Positions 12,615-25,939 of a DNA stretch of 64,000 bases are shown piece by piece. Source of the stretch: Macrostomum lignano (taxonomy: Eukaryota); the NCBI GenBank assembly GCA_002269645.1, contig NIVC01001419.1:65095-129094 (forward strand), in the 5' to 3' direction. Within the stretch, counting starts at the first letter, position 1. The number at the start of each line of letters is the position of its first letter. Made by a program: the position numbers and the translations under genes. Under the pieces are notes generated by a model. That model was not told where the DNA came from. It made no database searches and saw only the letters and a program-made list of their open reading frames with translations.

Positions 12615-13165
12615 ACAACAACAACAGAATACGCAGTTAGCGTCACAGGGCGCGCTTCAAGGCCCCCGCCGGTAGGGTGCCTGCAGCGTTAGCAGCAGCT
12701 CTTTCTGCACCGGCTCTGGGCAGTACTACTCGGCGCGGATGATGTGGCCTGCCACCTGGAGTCGCCGACGGCGCAACAGGTCGCTTGGACAGACCAGGCC
12801 GGCGCGGTGATACAAAGCCGCGTTGGTCACTCGCTCGATCGTAGCCGATCTTGAAGGCGGCGAGCAGCAGGCCAGCGTGCGCCGCGTCAACTTGTTGCTC
12901 GAGCGACTCCGTCACCGTCCAGATCTCGGCGTTGTACAGCAGGACGGTCTCGATCACCGCCTGAAACAACGCCGCCCTGTGGCGGTCAGGTAAGGCCTCG
13001 GACTGCATGACTGCCTTCACAGGCAAGCCCGGGGCGACACCGCAAATCCTCGCGGACGCCGCGAACCAGACCGCCGAGGTAGACGAACTGCTGACAACGC
13101 GGAAGCTCTGTCGCCTGTCCATCAGCGCCTCGGCACAAAATCGCAGCCTCGATGTTCGTCCGGCA
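12615..13165 (-). mobile_element. 5'-truncated, frameshifted non-LTR retrotransposon (RTE-like LINE), 3' end
   Basis: Minus-strand frames give QQFVYLGG, ALFQAVIETVLLYNAEIWT and LRRRRLQVAGHIIRAE*YCPEPVQ, typical of the RT C-terminal region. A (GTT)n tail lies at about 12616-12626. Confidence 0.8.
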
Positions 13166-14182
13166 TGCAGAGCAGGGGATTATGGAAACACGATGGCTCT
13201 TATTATAATAAAAATTTAAAAGCTCTGGAAATGTTAATAATGAAAAATCCCGCACGGGTGTCCATAGTCACCTGTTGTCATCTTTTGAAGGTGCCGACTG
13301 CGTCGGGGTGATGACGGAATGCTTGAGAGACCAGCTGAGGATGTTCAGCAGTTGAGGCTTCATCAGCGAAACTCGAAAAATTCGCAATAGGGTACACAAA
13401 GTCACCTGGTGCCACCTGTTGAAGGTCCAGAAGCTCCGCCTGGGTGAAGGCTAGTAGCTATAAAGTCAGAGCTGATGCAGACGCATGCGGTCGACGTGCT
13501 GATGAAATTTGGAGACTTGGCAAGGCTGCAGTGAGGCGCAGTGCTGATTGGCGCATGCAGGGGTGTACTGAATACACTAGCGCTTATGGGAAAAATCCGA
13601 CCTTCTGGCAGAATCGTTGAATATCTCGACGGTCCGGAGGGCTGGCGATTTGATTCTTGTTTGAGAAGGTGCGCAACAAAAAGTCAGCCCGTGTTCTTGA
13701 ATTTCGTGTGCCTGCGTTGCTCCGTCCCAGCGCACCAAAAAATTGTCAGGGAGAATCCCCCCCGGTAGTTCTACTGTCAAGCCATTCTTTCATCTGCATG
13801 TCACTTCAAAATCGCTCAAAGTTCTCGAAAACTGAATGAAAACTGGATTGGGTGGCTTATACTCGTAAACAGGTGGCTTACAGGTTTCGCATCTCGAGTT
13901 GGCTTATCAACTTTTTTCAATGAGTTTACATGGGGAAATATCCGACATGTTTGCGAACGATCATAGTTCGATCGTTTCAATTGTTTGACAAGAAGTTGAC
14001 AGCGCGGCTGACAGATTGAAGCTTATAGTGACGACCGCCTACGCAAAGATTCGTGTCAGAATGGCTCAAGCCTATCAGGTGAACCAGGTGCAAAAAGTCT
14101 ATATAAGAGAGAGATCTGTTCCGAGCCAAGTGTTCAATCAGTCCAAGGCAACTTCTAAGCGCGCCTAAGCTGTTCAGCAAAA

Positions 14183-14803
14183 ATGTCCGCCGCCTGCAAA
14201 ACCGCCCTCGTCGCGATCTTCATGCTCGCCAGTTTAATCTCACTGGGACTCGCCGCCAGTCATGCTGAACTGATGGAGCTGCCGGCTGCTGCAGTGGCCA
14301 AGTCCGGCATCCAATTCGCTAAAAGGATTCGCATGGACAGTGAGTCATACTTGAACTGGAAAGGCCAAACCCCCCCTCCCAATAGAAAGTCAGGACCGAG
14401 GTGCAACCATGAGTGAACGGGGCTGCCTGTGTGTCAGAAAACGATAAAAATGAAAGATAAGAGCTACAATTTCAATGAAAAAAGGACTATTAGAGACAGA
14501 AAGCTAGATAATGTACAACACGCTCGTGGAAAGTAAATAGCAGGAAGGCAGGAAGGCAGTACTAACCCTGGTGCAACGCCTTCGTCTGGTGTTCGTCTGA
14601 CACGTGATACATCGTTTGACACCTTTACAATGTTGCCAGCGCCCCCCCCTCTCTTCACTCCGATTGCAGCTCACCGAGCATTCGTACCGTTCTGCACCTA
14701 TCGTTGCGAGATGCACTTTGGTAGGGAACGGGGCTGCGTCGGCTACGTCAATCAGAAGGAGGGCAACTGCCTGTGCGCCTGCCCCCGGCCTGCTGGCAAC
14801 TGA
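14183..14803 (+). CDS. Secreted six-cysteine peptide precursor (defensin/CS-alpha-beta-like candidate), 96 aa; join(14183..14339,14670..14803)
   Basis: AAAATG start and a hydrophobic signal peptide, then a propeptide ending in KR. Consensus donor GACA|GTGAGT at 14340; pyrimidine-rich acceptor TTGCAG ending at 14669. The phase-1 join gives IRMDTHRAFVPFCTYRCEMHFGRERGCVGYVNQKEGNCLCACPRPAGN*. Confidence 0.78.
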
Positions 14804-15161
14804 CCAACCGATTCGCCGTTGGCTGACAGTTCACCGGAAAATGCGCTTAAATGTTACGAACCGATTTATAGATATTTTTCCGCACATTCCCAATTAGATA
14901 TTTCTCGGCAAGACTGAGAAGTTTTATCATTTACCATTTTAAAAGCAAGTTTGTAAGTTAATCAAATCAGCCAATGGACAGAAATATTCCGGACTAACTA
15001 TATCCTACTACTGTACAGTAGAATGACTTGAGTTTAGTTTTTATTATTTTAACATCATCAACAATACAACATTCACTTACAGCGCATATGAAAGTGATTG
15101 CAGCTGTATGATTGATAGCTGAAGTAGTGAAACTTCTTTGAGAGCTTCTTCACATATATTA

Positions 15162-15268
15162 ACAGAGATTCACAGAGATTCACAAAGATTCATAGAGATT
15201 CACAAAGATTCACACAGATTCACAGAGATTCACAGAGATTCACACAGATACACAGAGATTCACAGATT
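15162..15268. repeat. 10-bp minisatellite (CACAGAGATT)n
   Basis: Visible tandem units; it is the reverse complement of the array at 15888-16280. Confidence 0.9.
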
Positions 15269-15887
15269 TTGTATTAATAAGCAATGTTGGAAATCCAAAC
15301 TTCCACTTTCTAAGAACCGCGTTTAGTTGAGAGGAAAATCGTTCTAAAATGAAAGCAGCAATGAAAAGCAACTGCAGTAAGAAATGACATCTAAGTAGTT
15401 ACACGCGTAATTAAAGTGCTTAATTTACAAGCAGATTCGGAGCAACGGACGTCATTACCTTGACAACCACGATCCCTTCCGATCGAATTTCAGTCAGGAA
15501 TGTAGCTCCGAACTCGTGACCTGTTTGAGGGCATCCTCAAATGAAAGTACAATTAACAATTGAAATTTCCGAAAGTCTATTGGGTGACACTTAATTAAAT
15601 AAATGCGTGTGATTCGTTATTGAGTATCGATTAGAAAATAAGAATGTCTAACTAATATGAAAAAAATGTTCAATCTATTAGTTACAGTGACAATGCAAAT
15701 GTGCTTTAGTTATTAGCTGACCTATTTTTGGATTGCTACTGGAGCGACTGTATATAAATATGAATTAGCACCTTTGCTCCATGCAATGATGTTTTTAAAA
15801 TGATGTTTCACTGCACGTTTCATAACAGAAATATATTGAATACTTAGCAATATACAGCTTACGTATATACGCTTGTACATTGTGATG

Positions 15888-16280
15888 GCTGTGAATCTCT
15901 GTGAATCTATGTGAATCTATGTGAATCTCTCTAAATCTCATGAATCTGTGTAAATCACTTTGAATCTCTGTGAATCTATTTGAATCTCTGTGAATCTATT
16001 TGAATCTCTGTGAATCTATGTGAATCTCTGTAAATCTCTATAAATCACTTTGAATCTCTGTGAATCTATTTGAATCACTTTGAATCTCTGTGAATCTATT
16101 TGAATCTCTGTGAATCTCTGTGAATCTCTGTGAATCTCTGTAAATCTCTATAAATCACTTTGAATCTCTGTGAATCTCTGTGAATCTCCATGAATTTCTA
16201 TGAACCTCTGTGAATCTCTATAAATCACCTTGAATCTCTGTGAATCTCTGTGAATCTCTGTGAATCTCTGTAAATCTCTG
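15888..16280. repeat. 10-bp minisatellite (AATCTCTGTG)n
   Basis: Visible degenerate tandem units just 3' of the RSKR stop codon. Confidence 0.92.
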
Positions 16281-16398
16281 TGAATCTCTGTGAATCTCTG
16301 AGGTGCTTTTGGTTTTACTTTTAGAGAATTAACGGTAATTAACCTTGAGTCGTCGCTTCCGATTGCAATCCCTAAAAAAATATACGCAGTAATTAAAG

Positions 16399-19300
16399 TC
16401 ACAACTTTGTGCCAAAAGCTTCTACCAAAGTTTCATCATCCTGCTCAAAGTGCTCAAAGTTGTCCCTGCGGCAACAATCGCAGCAGTTGCAGTCTTTGTC
16501 GCCGCCTGTGTCACCATCGTCTTTGTCACGAACTTCTCCCTCTCCATCTTCTTCGCCGTCGCTCTCGTCATCGATGAGGCGCGTGATCGCCTCCTCGGAA
16601 TCGAACTTGGGACGTCGCAGCCTCGTCAACTGGTGCTGCTCGGTGCTGCTGGGCCGGCAGCTCAGGTCCAGCTGAGTGCAGAAGCTGCTCGGTTCGTAGG
16701 CCCGCGAGCGAACCAAGTCAAAGTTGATGCGACCTTTGAAGAACGGCGACCTGGCCAGAGCGGACAGGGAGACAATTCGTCTTTCGGGCAACTTCTGCAG
16801 CAGCCGTTCGATGGTGTAGCGGCACTCCCAGGTGAGACTGGCCGGCGCCTCGAAGCTGTGCTGCCGGACCAGCTGGCGCATCTGGCGGCAGGTTGGCGCC
16901 GCGTGCAGCGGAAACTGCAACGAATGTCCATCAGCTTTGAAAGAATTTAAAGCTGGTGAATTTGTATGCCAAGGACTACTTAAGTAGAAGGACGCGAAAC
17001 TATGTTTCTGGGAAAATTTTAGGGAGGCAGGACTTTCCGAAAAAATACACTACGGAGATAGGAAGTTTCCATTTTTTCAGCACAAAAGTTGTTATTGCTT
17101 TCGATAGGAATTCTTAGCTGACTGTGTAACAATATGTGTAACAGAAATGATAAAATAGATTCATAAAACCAAAGAGCCGAGCCGTGCACTTCTATTGGTC
17201 TTTAGGCCAATAGAATCCTAATTTTCTAAACGGAAAGCTCTATGAATATCAATAGAGCTACTCGTATGAGATTTTTTTATTAGAGTCAGGGGGGTTGTGT
17301 GCACCCTGGCGCACTTTAAGCGACATTGTCACACAACCGGCGAGAGGCATTACTGTCCATTCCGCCGACTCCCCTGAGCAGGCATACAAGCGCGCGGATA
17401 CGTACGCAGGCACACACTCACACAGGAGTGTACAGCGGCCCTAACTTTATATTATCGTTAGGCATGTACACTTCACTGCGCCTTGGGGGGTTGGCTCTCA
17501 AGGCCGTTAATTACACGAGCAGAGCCAAGCCGAGATTCCAATTCAGCCCCAAATTAATGTGACTGCACTTGGAATTGAGCCTGGGTCGCTGGCACGCCAG
17601 AGCGTGCGCTAGACCCCCTTACTCGTATAAGATAGGCAAAGCATATTAAAAGAATAACATTGGGTCTGTCTCCTATCGAAAGCAATAACAATTTTTGTGC
17701 TGAAAAATGATAGCTTCTTATCTACTTTAGTAGTAGTCCTTCTACTTTAGTGGTCCTTGAGTTTTACAAGTATATTAAATTTATAAAAAGTATAGAGGCT
17801 TGGCAAGCGCATTTTGTTTAAGTTTATGAAGCTCACCTTTCCAGTGACTAGGGCGTAGAACAGGATGCCCAGGGACCACCAATCGACGCTGTGATTGTAC
17901 GGCCGGCCGCAGAGCATCTCAGGTGCTGGAATGAACAGGTTGTGACCCAGCACAGCCCTAGGTCAGACAGAGGGGGAAGTGGCCCCAGCCGGTAGTTTTA
18001 CTATTAAATTCTGCTGAGCCATGCTTGGGTGAGAGAGATTATGCTAATTTTCTCTGCGCACTGGCCTAAGACTTTGGCATGGTGCCAAAATGTTCTAACT
18101 AAACTTTCCAGTTGCACCTAGACTGCCTGATCAAACAGTTTTGTTTTGACGCTGAGGCCTTGCTTAAGTCATTAAACGAAAAGGACATATTCTTATTCGT
18201 GAATTATAATTATAAACCTAATTAATAAAGATGGAAAAAAGCTCATTTAAACAAAGTAATTTAAAATTAATTTCGGTGCCCCGACTGCACGGAAGCTGCA
18301 ACTGTTTACTGTAGGGGTGTTCGGGTCGGCCATTTTTTCGGGGTTCGGGGTTTACCCCGAACCCGGTACCCCTACCCCGAACCCCGAACCCCGTCCCGAA
18401 CATTTCTTCCAACCCGAACCCCGAACCCGGTACCAAAACCCGACCCGACCCCGAACATTTTCACGCTTATTTTGGTCAATCATTTTAATAAATTCAGTTT
18501 TCAGTTTTCAATTTTTCAGTTTTTAGTTTTGAATTTCAGTTTTAAATTCAGTTTTATATATTGAGATGTGCCTTAACAGCTTCAACCACTTAGCCTTGTG
18601 GTTTTATTTCCCTTAGCTACTCTACAACTAGGAAAAGAAATATGAAACACTTCTTGCAATGGGATTGGGATTGAGATGGAAGGAATACCAAGACCCAAGA
18701 TCTAATAGTAAGATACATGAAAGTTCACAACTAAAATCAGGACCATTTCGTACCTATACTTACAACGAAATTGCTTTCATAGTAATATTACATCTATGAG
18801 TTTATTTAAGCTGCAAAAATAGAGTACAATAAAATTAGATTCTACCCTGTAGTGCAGATATCAGAAGAGATAGAACTAGAGCGATAAAGAGATGGCACAG
18901 ATAAAACAATGATACAATGAAACAGGAGACTTAATCACAAATATTTATTTATTTTTACTTTTGACTACAGTTAACAGTAAGTCAGTAGTGGTATAACAGA
19001 ATTGCTATGTAAAAACTAAAGTGACGTCTTTACATAAAATTGTATGCTGATATGAGTAGGTAATCATTGTGATAATTGATTGGCGACTGATGCGTGGAGA
19101 ATAATAGTGTATTTATACATTTTAAGCTTCCTCATCCAATCCAGAAGTTCAGACCATGTTACACGTAGCACATGCAAAATTATTACTGAACGTAATTTTT
19201 TAAATCATCAACTGCAAGACTGAATGGGTCGAAAAACTACAATCGTTATTTACCAGAAAGTGTAAATGAATCCATGGTTCTATCTGCTATTTCCGTTTCA

Positions 19301-22300
19301 AATTGTATGTAAAATATAACTTAAGTTGTACCTGAAACTCAATGCATATCTTTCGTATTGTGGATTTTGCATAAGGAGTAAAAAGTGCTTGAAAATATTC
19401 TTGAGAATGATAATTGTTCAAAACCCCGAAAACCCCGAAAACCCGGTGGCCAAACCCGACCCGAACCCCGAACCCGGTACCCCTACCCCGAACCCCGAAC
19501 CCGACCCGGAACACCTACCCCGAACCCCGAACCCGGTACCAAAACCCGACCCGAAACCCGACCCGACCCCGAACCCCGAACACCCCTAGTTTACTGGATG
19601 GCTGCTTTATCAAGTGCGCAGTTACTGCCAACTCTGGAATGCGGGGCATTTCAGCTGATCAATTCTTGTTGTATTTACGAGCTAAATTTCCAAGCCAACA
19701 ATACGCTTGTAACACTTTAACTCTATAATAAAGAGGCCAGAATTGCTGATTTGCCTAGCAATAAAATGACTGCGCAACATCGAGTCTTTGCTCAAAAAAC
19801 TCCTACTTGGTCAAAGTGCAACAACACTTGACGAAACCTCACCTGAGTAAGCCAGAGTACCGCACATGGTCCTCGTCACCTGACCCCTTCGAAGCCACTT
19901 GCTCAAGCCGAAGTCAATCAGTACGAGATGACCGTCCGAGTCCATGACGACATTCTCCAGCTTGAGGTCGCGAAACACGACACCAGAGTCGTGCAAGAAG
20001 TCGATGGCGCAGGCCAGCTCAGCCAGGTAGAGTCTCGCCAACGACTCAGAGAATTTGCCGTGCAGTTTCCACAGGGCGAATAGTTCACCGTTGGGGAAGT
20101 ACTCGAGCAACAGGTAGAGCCGCTTTCGAGTCTGCCAGTGGCTGAGCAGGCTGGCTACAAAACAGCTGCTCTTGCCTGACAGATCCGACTGGATGCTCAC
20201 CTCCTCCTTGGCCTGCGACACCATGGCGTGGCATCTGTGCACCAGGCGGGCCTTGTCGATGACCTGAAAGAAAAGTCGAAAATCGAGTACGTGCGGTGCT
20301 CTGATCGGCAACGGGTCAAAATGATAGTTGTACAAAATGATAGTTGTACAAAATGATAGTTGTACAAAATGATAGTTGTACAAAATATGATAGTTGTACA
20401 AAATGATAGTTGTACAAAATATGATAGTTGTACAAAATATGATAGTTGTACAAAATATGATAGTTGTACAAAATGATAGTTGTACAAAATATGATAGTTG
20501 TACAAAATGATAGTTGTACAAAATGATAGTTGTACAAAATGATAGTTGTACAAAATGATAGTTGTACAAAATGATAGTTGTACAAAATGATAGTTGTACA
20601 AAATGATAGTTGTACAAAATGATAGTTGTACAAAATATGATAGTTGTACAAAATGATAGTTGTACAAAATATGATAGTTGTACAAAATATGATAGTTGTA
20701 CAAAATATGATAGTTGTACAAAATGATAGTTGTACAAAATGATAGTTGTACAAAATGATAGTTGTACAAAATGATAGTTGTACAAAATGATAGTTGTACA
20801 AAATGATAGTTGTACAAAATGATAGTTGTACAAAATGATAGTTGTACAAAATGATAGTTGTACAAAATGATAGTTGTACAAAATGATAGTTGTACAAAAT
20901 GATAGTTGTACAAAATATGATAGTTGTACAAAATGATAGTTGTACAAAATATGATAGTTGTACAAAATATGATAGTTGTACAAAATGATAGTTGTACAAA
21001 ATGATAGTTGTACAAAATATGATAGTTGTACAAAATGATAGTTGTAGAAAATATGATAGTTGTACAAAATATGATAGTTGTACAAAATGATAGTTGTACA
21101 AAATGAGAGTTGTACAAAATGATAGTTGTACAAAATGATAGTTGTACAAAATGCTAGAGCAGAACATCATAATGAAGATGTCTGCTCTTCTAAATTATCT
21201 TTATTGAATATACGTCAGAAGTCAAATCTACAAAGTTTGAAATTCTTCGTTAGATAATTGGTCTTTAGTTGGAATATCGACGCAAATTTCGACATCAAGA
21301 GAGCCTCAGACATGTAAATTTTTGAAAGAGCCTGAGCAGTTTCGGAATGAACGAGCCTTGAAACTCGTTTACATAGCCAAGATTGTTACTCATATATCGT
21401 GCACTCGTTCGCATAATGGTGCGACTGATGCTAAAAGTACTTGTACTTTATGATTTAATTGTCTGCTAGTCTGTATAGTTAGCTTGACAAAAATGACGGG
21501 GTAATAAATTAAAAACGTCTTGAAAATTTCTGCAAGGCACGTTCTCTGTCTCGATGCAACTCAGCTATAGCGTCTCAATTGCTCCATTTGCTTGCTAAGA
21601 AAGCATAAGCCGCAGTCATAAAACAACTGTAACTTAATCTCAGATGAGCTCCAACGGCGACACTTGCGGCTGCATGGCGTTGTGCTTTTGGAGTCTGGCA
21701 AATCCAGACAGATAGTAGCTACCCTGAGACAATGCTTGATACGAGCATGGCTCGGCATCACTGCATGCTAGCTTGCTTCTCTAGCTTTTGACTATTCATA
21801 ACTCATTTCCATGAAGCCTGCAGTTTCTGAGCCTAGTTTTTGCTCATCTTTTTCAAGTCTAGAGTTCTCTCCGTCATAAATTTATGATTGAGAGAGAGAA
21901 AAAAGTTATTTTTTGAAGTGGTCTCATGACAAGTAAGCGGTCTGGGCTGCTGGCCCTCTGTCACCCCGAAAGAAACCGCTAGCTTAGTAGTCAAATTATT
22001 TAGTTATGAGTAATTAATCTAGACTAGTTAGCTAATAAAAATTCAGTGCAAAATAAAATGCAGCTTCCTAAATACTCTTTTGACTACACAATTTTACTTT
22101 AACGACTTGACTTGACATTCTACCATAGAGGGTAGAAAAGCGACGTAACGCTTAAAAAATTGGGTTTTAAAATCAAAACTGTGGCCTTCTTAATTGTTTA
22201 TTCGTAATTTTGCCATGCCATGCAGAAGTAAACTACATATTTTTTGGTTTCGCAGAGATTACTTTTTGTTTAAATGCATTGCATCAACATCCCGAATGCT

Positions 22301-22955
22301 CCCGACAGCTATCGCTTCAAAGAATCTAATTGGGAGTTTGCGAGAAAACGGAAAACTTTGTATTCAACATCTACATGATTTTAATGCGATATTTCCGCCT
22401 ACATGTACTGTCGTTGATCCTTGTTGACATCCTTAACGTAGCTATATGCACTTATAATATATGCACTTATATCTAGACTTACAATTGAAAAGTTCATCTC
22501 ACCTTCAGCGCGTACTCTTTCTTGTCGTCGTCGCACCGGACTTTCAGCACATTCCCAAACGAACCGGCCGCGATGACGTCCAGCACTTCGAAGCCGTCGA
22601 GCTCTTGCGGCCCGCAGCAGCGCACCGGATAATCTGGCAGGAACAGCGACTCGACGTTCGGCACCGGCCACTTGGACTTGGAGGCGCCGAACTTGCTGAA
22701 CAGCGTCGACCGGTGGATTCGCTTGCGACTTTCGCGGTTCCACTTGTTGGCGATGCGCTTCTGCGCCTCCGTGTCGTCAGGTGTCGATCGACACTGCTTC
22801 AAGGCTTTCTGACAGTCTTTCGTGGCCGCTGCGGCGACGCTCAGTCTGGAGGCCCATCGACGAAGTCGTCGAAAGGAGGTCTCGCGGCCATTGAATGAGG
22901 CATGGCTGTCCTTGGCTGCCATGGCAACTAATTGTTGAGCTTGGCTGTTGCCCAT
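16399..22955 (-). CDS. RSKR: Ribosomal protein S6 kinase-related protein (RSKR/SGK494-like AGC kinase), about 492 aa; complement(join(16399..16914,17837..17925,19843..20263,22503..22955))
   Basis: All four exons join with GT-AG sites and consistent phases (0,1,0). [61 protein letters not shown] and [12 protein letters not shown] resemble SGK494 as I recall it. Confidence 0.88.
16970..17759. mobile_element. MITE/foldback-like element with long imperfect terminal inverted repeats, in RSKR intron 3
   Basis: CAAGGACTACTTAAGTAGAAGGAC (16970) pairs with GTCCTTCTACTTTAGTGGTCCTTG (ending 17759). An inner pair TTTTTCAGCACAAAAGTTGTTATTGCTTTCGATAGGA / TCCTATCGAAAGCAATAACAATTTTTGTGCTGAAAAA is also inverted. 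No TSD seen. Confidence 0.55.
18312..19588. mobile_element. Non-autonomous hAT-type DNA transposon, 1277 bp, in RSKR intron 2
   Basis: TIR TAGGGGTGTTCGGG ... CCCGAACACCCCTA. Perfect 8-bp TSD GTTTACTG at 18304-18311 and 19589-19596. Clusters of CCCGAA/ACCCG subterminal motifs at both ends. No transposase ORF. Confidence 0.88.
20317..21153. repeat. 16/18-bp minisatellite in RSKR intron 1
   Basis: Unit AAAATGATAGTTGTAC with an optional extra AT; it contains the palindrome TTGTACAA. It falsely extends the kinase exon-2 ORF upstream. Confidence 0.96.
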
Positions 22956-23994
22956 AATGGCTGATTTATTGTAAACTGTTTCAAAATTAGGCCGGCTATA
23001 TACAAATATTTTGCTTGTTTAAAATAAATAAAAAACTTATGGATTTATGTTAGCTATATATTTTATAAATAAATTTTGGTAACGTCGCCATAAGAAGGCT
23101 GTAATTTTAACTCTCATAATTTTTTATATTAAAAGTGATTAGAATTAATATCTCATTGCAAATAAACAAATTGTTTACATAATTTTTGCAGGAATCTTAA
23201 AAATAATATGGCTTAATAATACTCTTTCAAGGAACAGCAGTTTAAATAAAAATTATTACAGAACCCTTAGCTTTCTTACCGATTCAAGTTTTTAACAGTC
23301 GCGCCGGAAAATCTAACACGAAAAATTAATGATTTAAAATAAATTACAGCACTTTGAAATCCTAGTTTGATTTTAAATGCAGTAAGTTATCTTTTTTATT
23401 AAAAACTTCAATTTTAATAATTTTAATTAACTGCACTTTCAGAATCAGGCCAACACGCCTGCTTTATATACTCGCTAATTAAAAATAAAAAAACTGTTCG
23501 AATGCTGAAGTCAAAAAATACTTCTTTTTTATAAAATAAAATAAAAATACTACAAATCACTAAATTGTGCCTCTCTCACTCTATAAGCGGAAAATTTATA
23601 ACATAAAATCTGTTTAAATGTGTCAAAAGTTTAAACGAAAAAATTACGGTTAAGATGTTCAACTTTTATCGGGGTCCGATTTCACCAGGTCGACCAACTC
23701 TTATCATATGCGCTGTAAAATAGTGAGCAAAGCCCTGCGTTTAGATTAGAGAACAGACAAGTGTCCTGAGTTGTCTGTTCATACCAGCCTATAAAAACAG
23801 TTAAATGAATGTCAGAGTTAAGCTGCATGCTTTGACTCATACACAGTCCAGTTGACAACATTCAGGTGCTTTGTATTTTCACTTTCAGAGCAAAGACTAG
23901 AATGAAGTTTAGAAATAAAAACTCTGAGTCTGGCATTGCGCTAAGTATTAAGCCCCTGTTAAAGCTCTTCTATATTTTCTCTTTCTCCCCCTCT

Positions 23995-24492
<498 letters not shown>

Positions 24493-24969
24493 CAGTACCA
24501 TAACAACAGAATTATCAATAATCGTTTCTACTACAAATTGGCACAGTCTACACTTATGTTGTGAACATTCTCAGTAGTATAAATGAATTAAATCTATGAA
24601 AATTTATGGAAATTCTCAATTCTCATTATTATTATATAAAACTGGCTGGCTTCAAATGCAAAGATGAATGGAGAGAATGAGTTAACCCCAATTACTCAAA
24701 TTGGCAGCACTGGGCAGCTGAGAGCAAATCAAATGGTTGCAGCAGTTCTCAACGATATAGTTTGCCAGGTGCGATTCAGACTACTTATCTTTTCACAATA
24801 TGAGTAGCTAGTGTAGAATGTAATTATTGCGCGAGTATTTGTTTCAGAATGCGTGATGGAGCATTGATGTGAATAGTATATTGTGTGGTTCCTGACTGTC
24901 TCCCTCTGATTCTACCCACTGCATTGAGATAGAAATGAAGCACTTTTGACCAGATACTCAGACCAATAT

Positions 24970-25939
24970 CTGCATGCTCTCAGTCTCCAGCAGACAGCTC
25001 CATCCTGACAGAACCCTCTGCATGCTCTCAGTCTCCTGCAGTCAACTCCATCCTGACAGAACCCTCTGCATGCTCTCAGTCTCCTGCAGTCAACTCCATC
25101 ATGACAGAACCCTCTGCATGCTCTCAGTCTCCTGCAGTCAACTCCATCCTGACAGAACCCTCTGCATGCTCTCAGTCTCCTGCAGTCAACTCCATCATGA
25201 CAGAACCCTCTGCATGCTCTCAGTCTCCTGCAGTCAACTCCATCCTGACAGAACCCTCTGCATGCTCTCAGTCTCCTGCAGTCAACTCCATCATGACAGA
25301 ACCCTCTGCATGCTCTCAGTCTCCTGCAGTCAACTCCATCCTGACAGAACCCTCTGCATGCTCTCAGTCTCCTGCAGTCAACTCCATCCTGACAGAACCC
25401 TCTGCATGCTCTCAGTCTCCTGCAGTCAGCTCCATCATGACAGAACCCTCTGCATGCTCTCAGTCTCCTGCAGTCAGCTCCATCATGACAGAACCCTCTG
25501 CATGCTCTCAGTCTCCTGCAGTCAACTCCATACTGACAGAACCCTCTGCATGCTCTCAGTCTCCTGCAGTCAACTCCATCCTGACAGAACCCTCTGCATG
25601 CTCTCAGTCTCCTGCAGTCAGCTCCATCATGACAGAACCCTCTGCATGCTCTCAGTCTCCTGCAGTCAACTCCATCCTGACAGAACCCTCTGCATGCTCT
25701 CAGTCTCCTGCAGTCAACTCCATCCTGACAGAACCCTCTGCATGCTCTCAGTCTCCTGCAGTCAACTCCATCCTGACAGAACCCTCTGCATGCTCTCAGT
25801 CTCCTGCAGTCAACTCCATCCTGACAGAACCCTCTGCATGCTCTCAGTCTCCTGCAGTCAACTCCATCCTGACAGAACCCTCTGCATGCTCTCAGTCTCC
25901 TGCAGTCAACTCCATCCTGACAGAACCCTCTGCATGCTC
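24970..25939. repeat. 48-bp minisatellite, about 20 copies
   Basis: Unit CTGCATGCTCTCAGTCTCCTGCAGTCAACTCCATCCTGACAGAACCCT. It directly abuts the 15-bp array. Confidence 0.96.

Noticed and set aside
14183-14416. Unspliced 77-aa neuropeptide-like ORF
   Set aside because: A consensus GTGAGT donor at 14340 and an in-frame Cys-rich exon at 14670 explain the locus better.
16409-16950. Plus-strand ORFs opposite RSKR exon 4 (similar cases opposite the GPCR and CFAP20DC exons)
   Set aside because: They are antisense shadows of GC-rich coding sequence, with no independent motifs.
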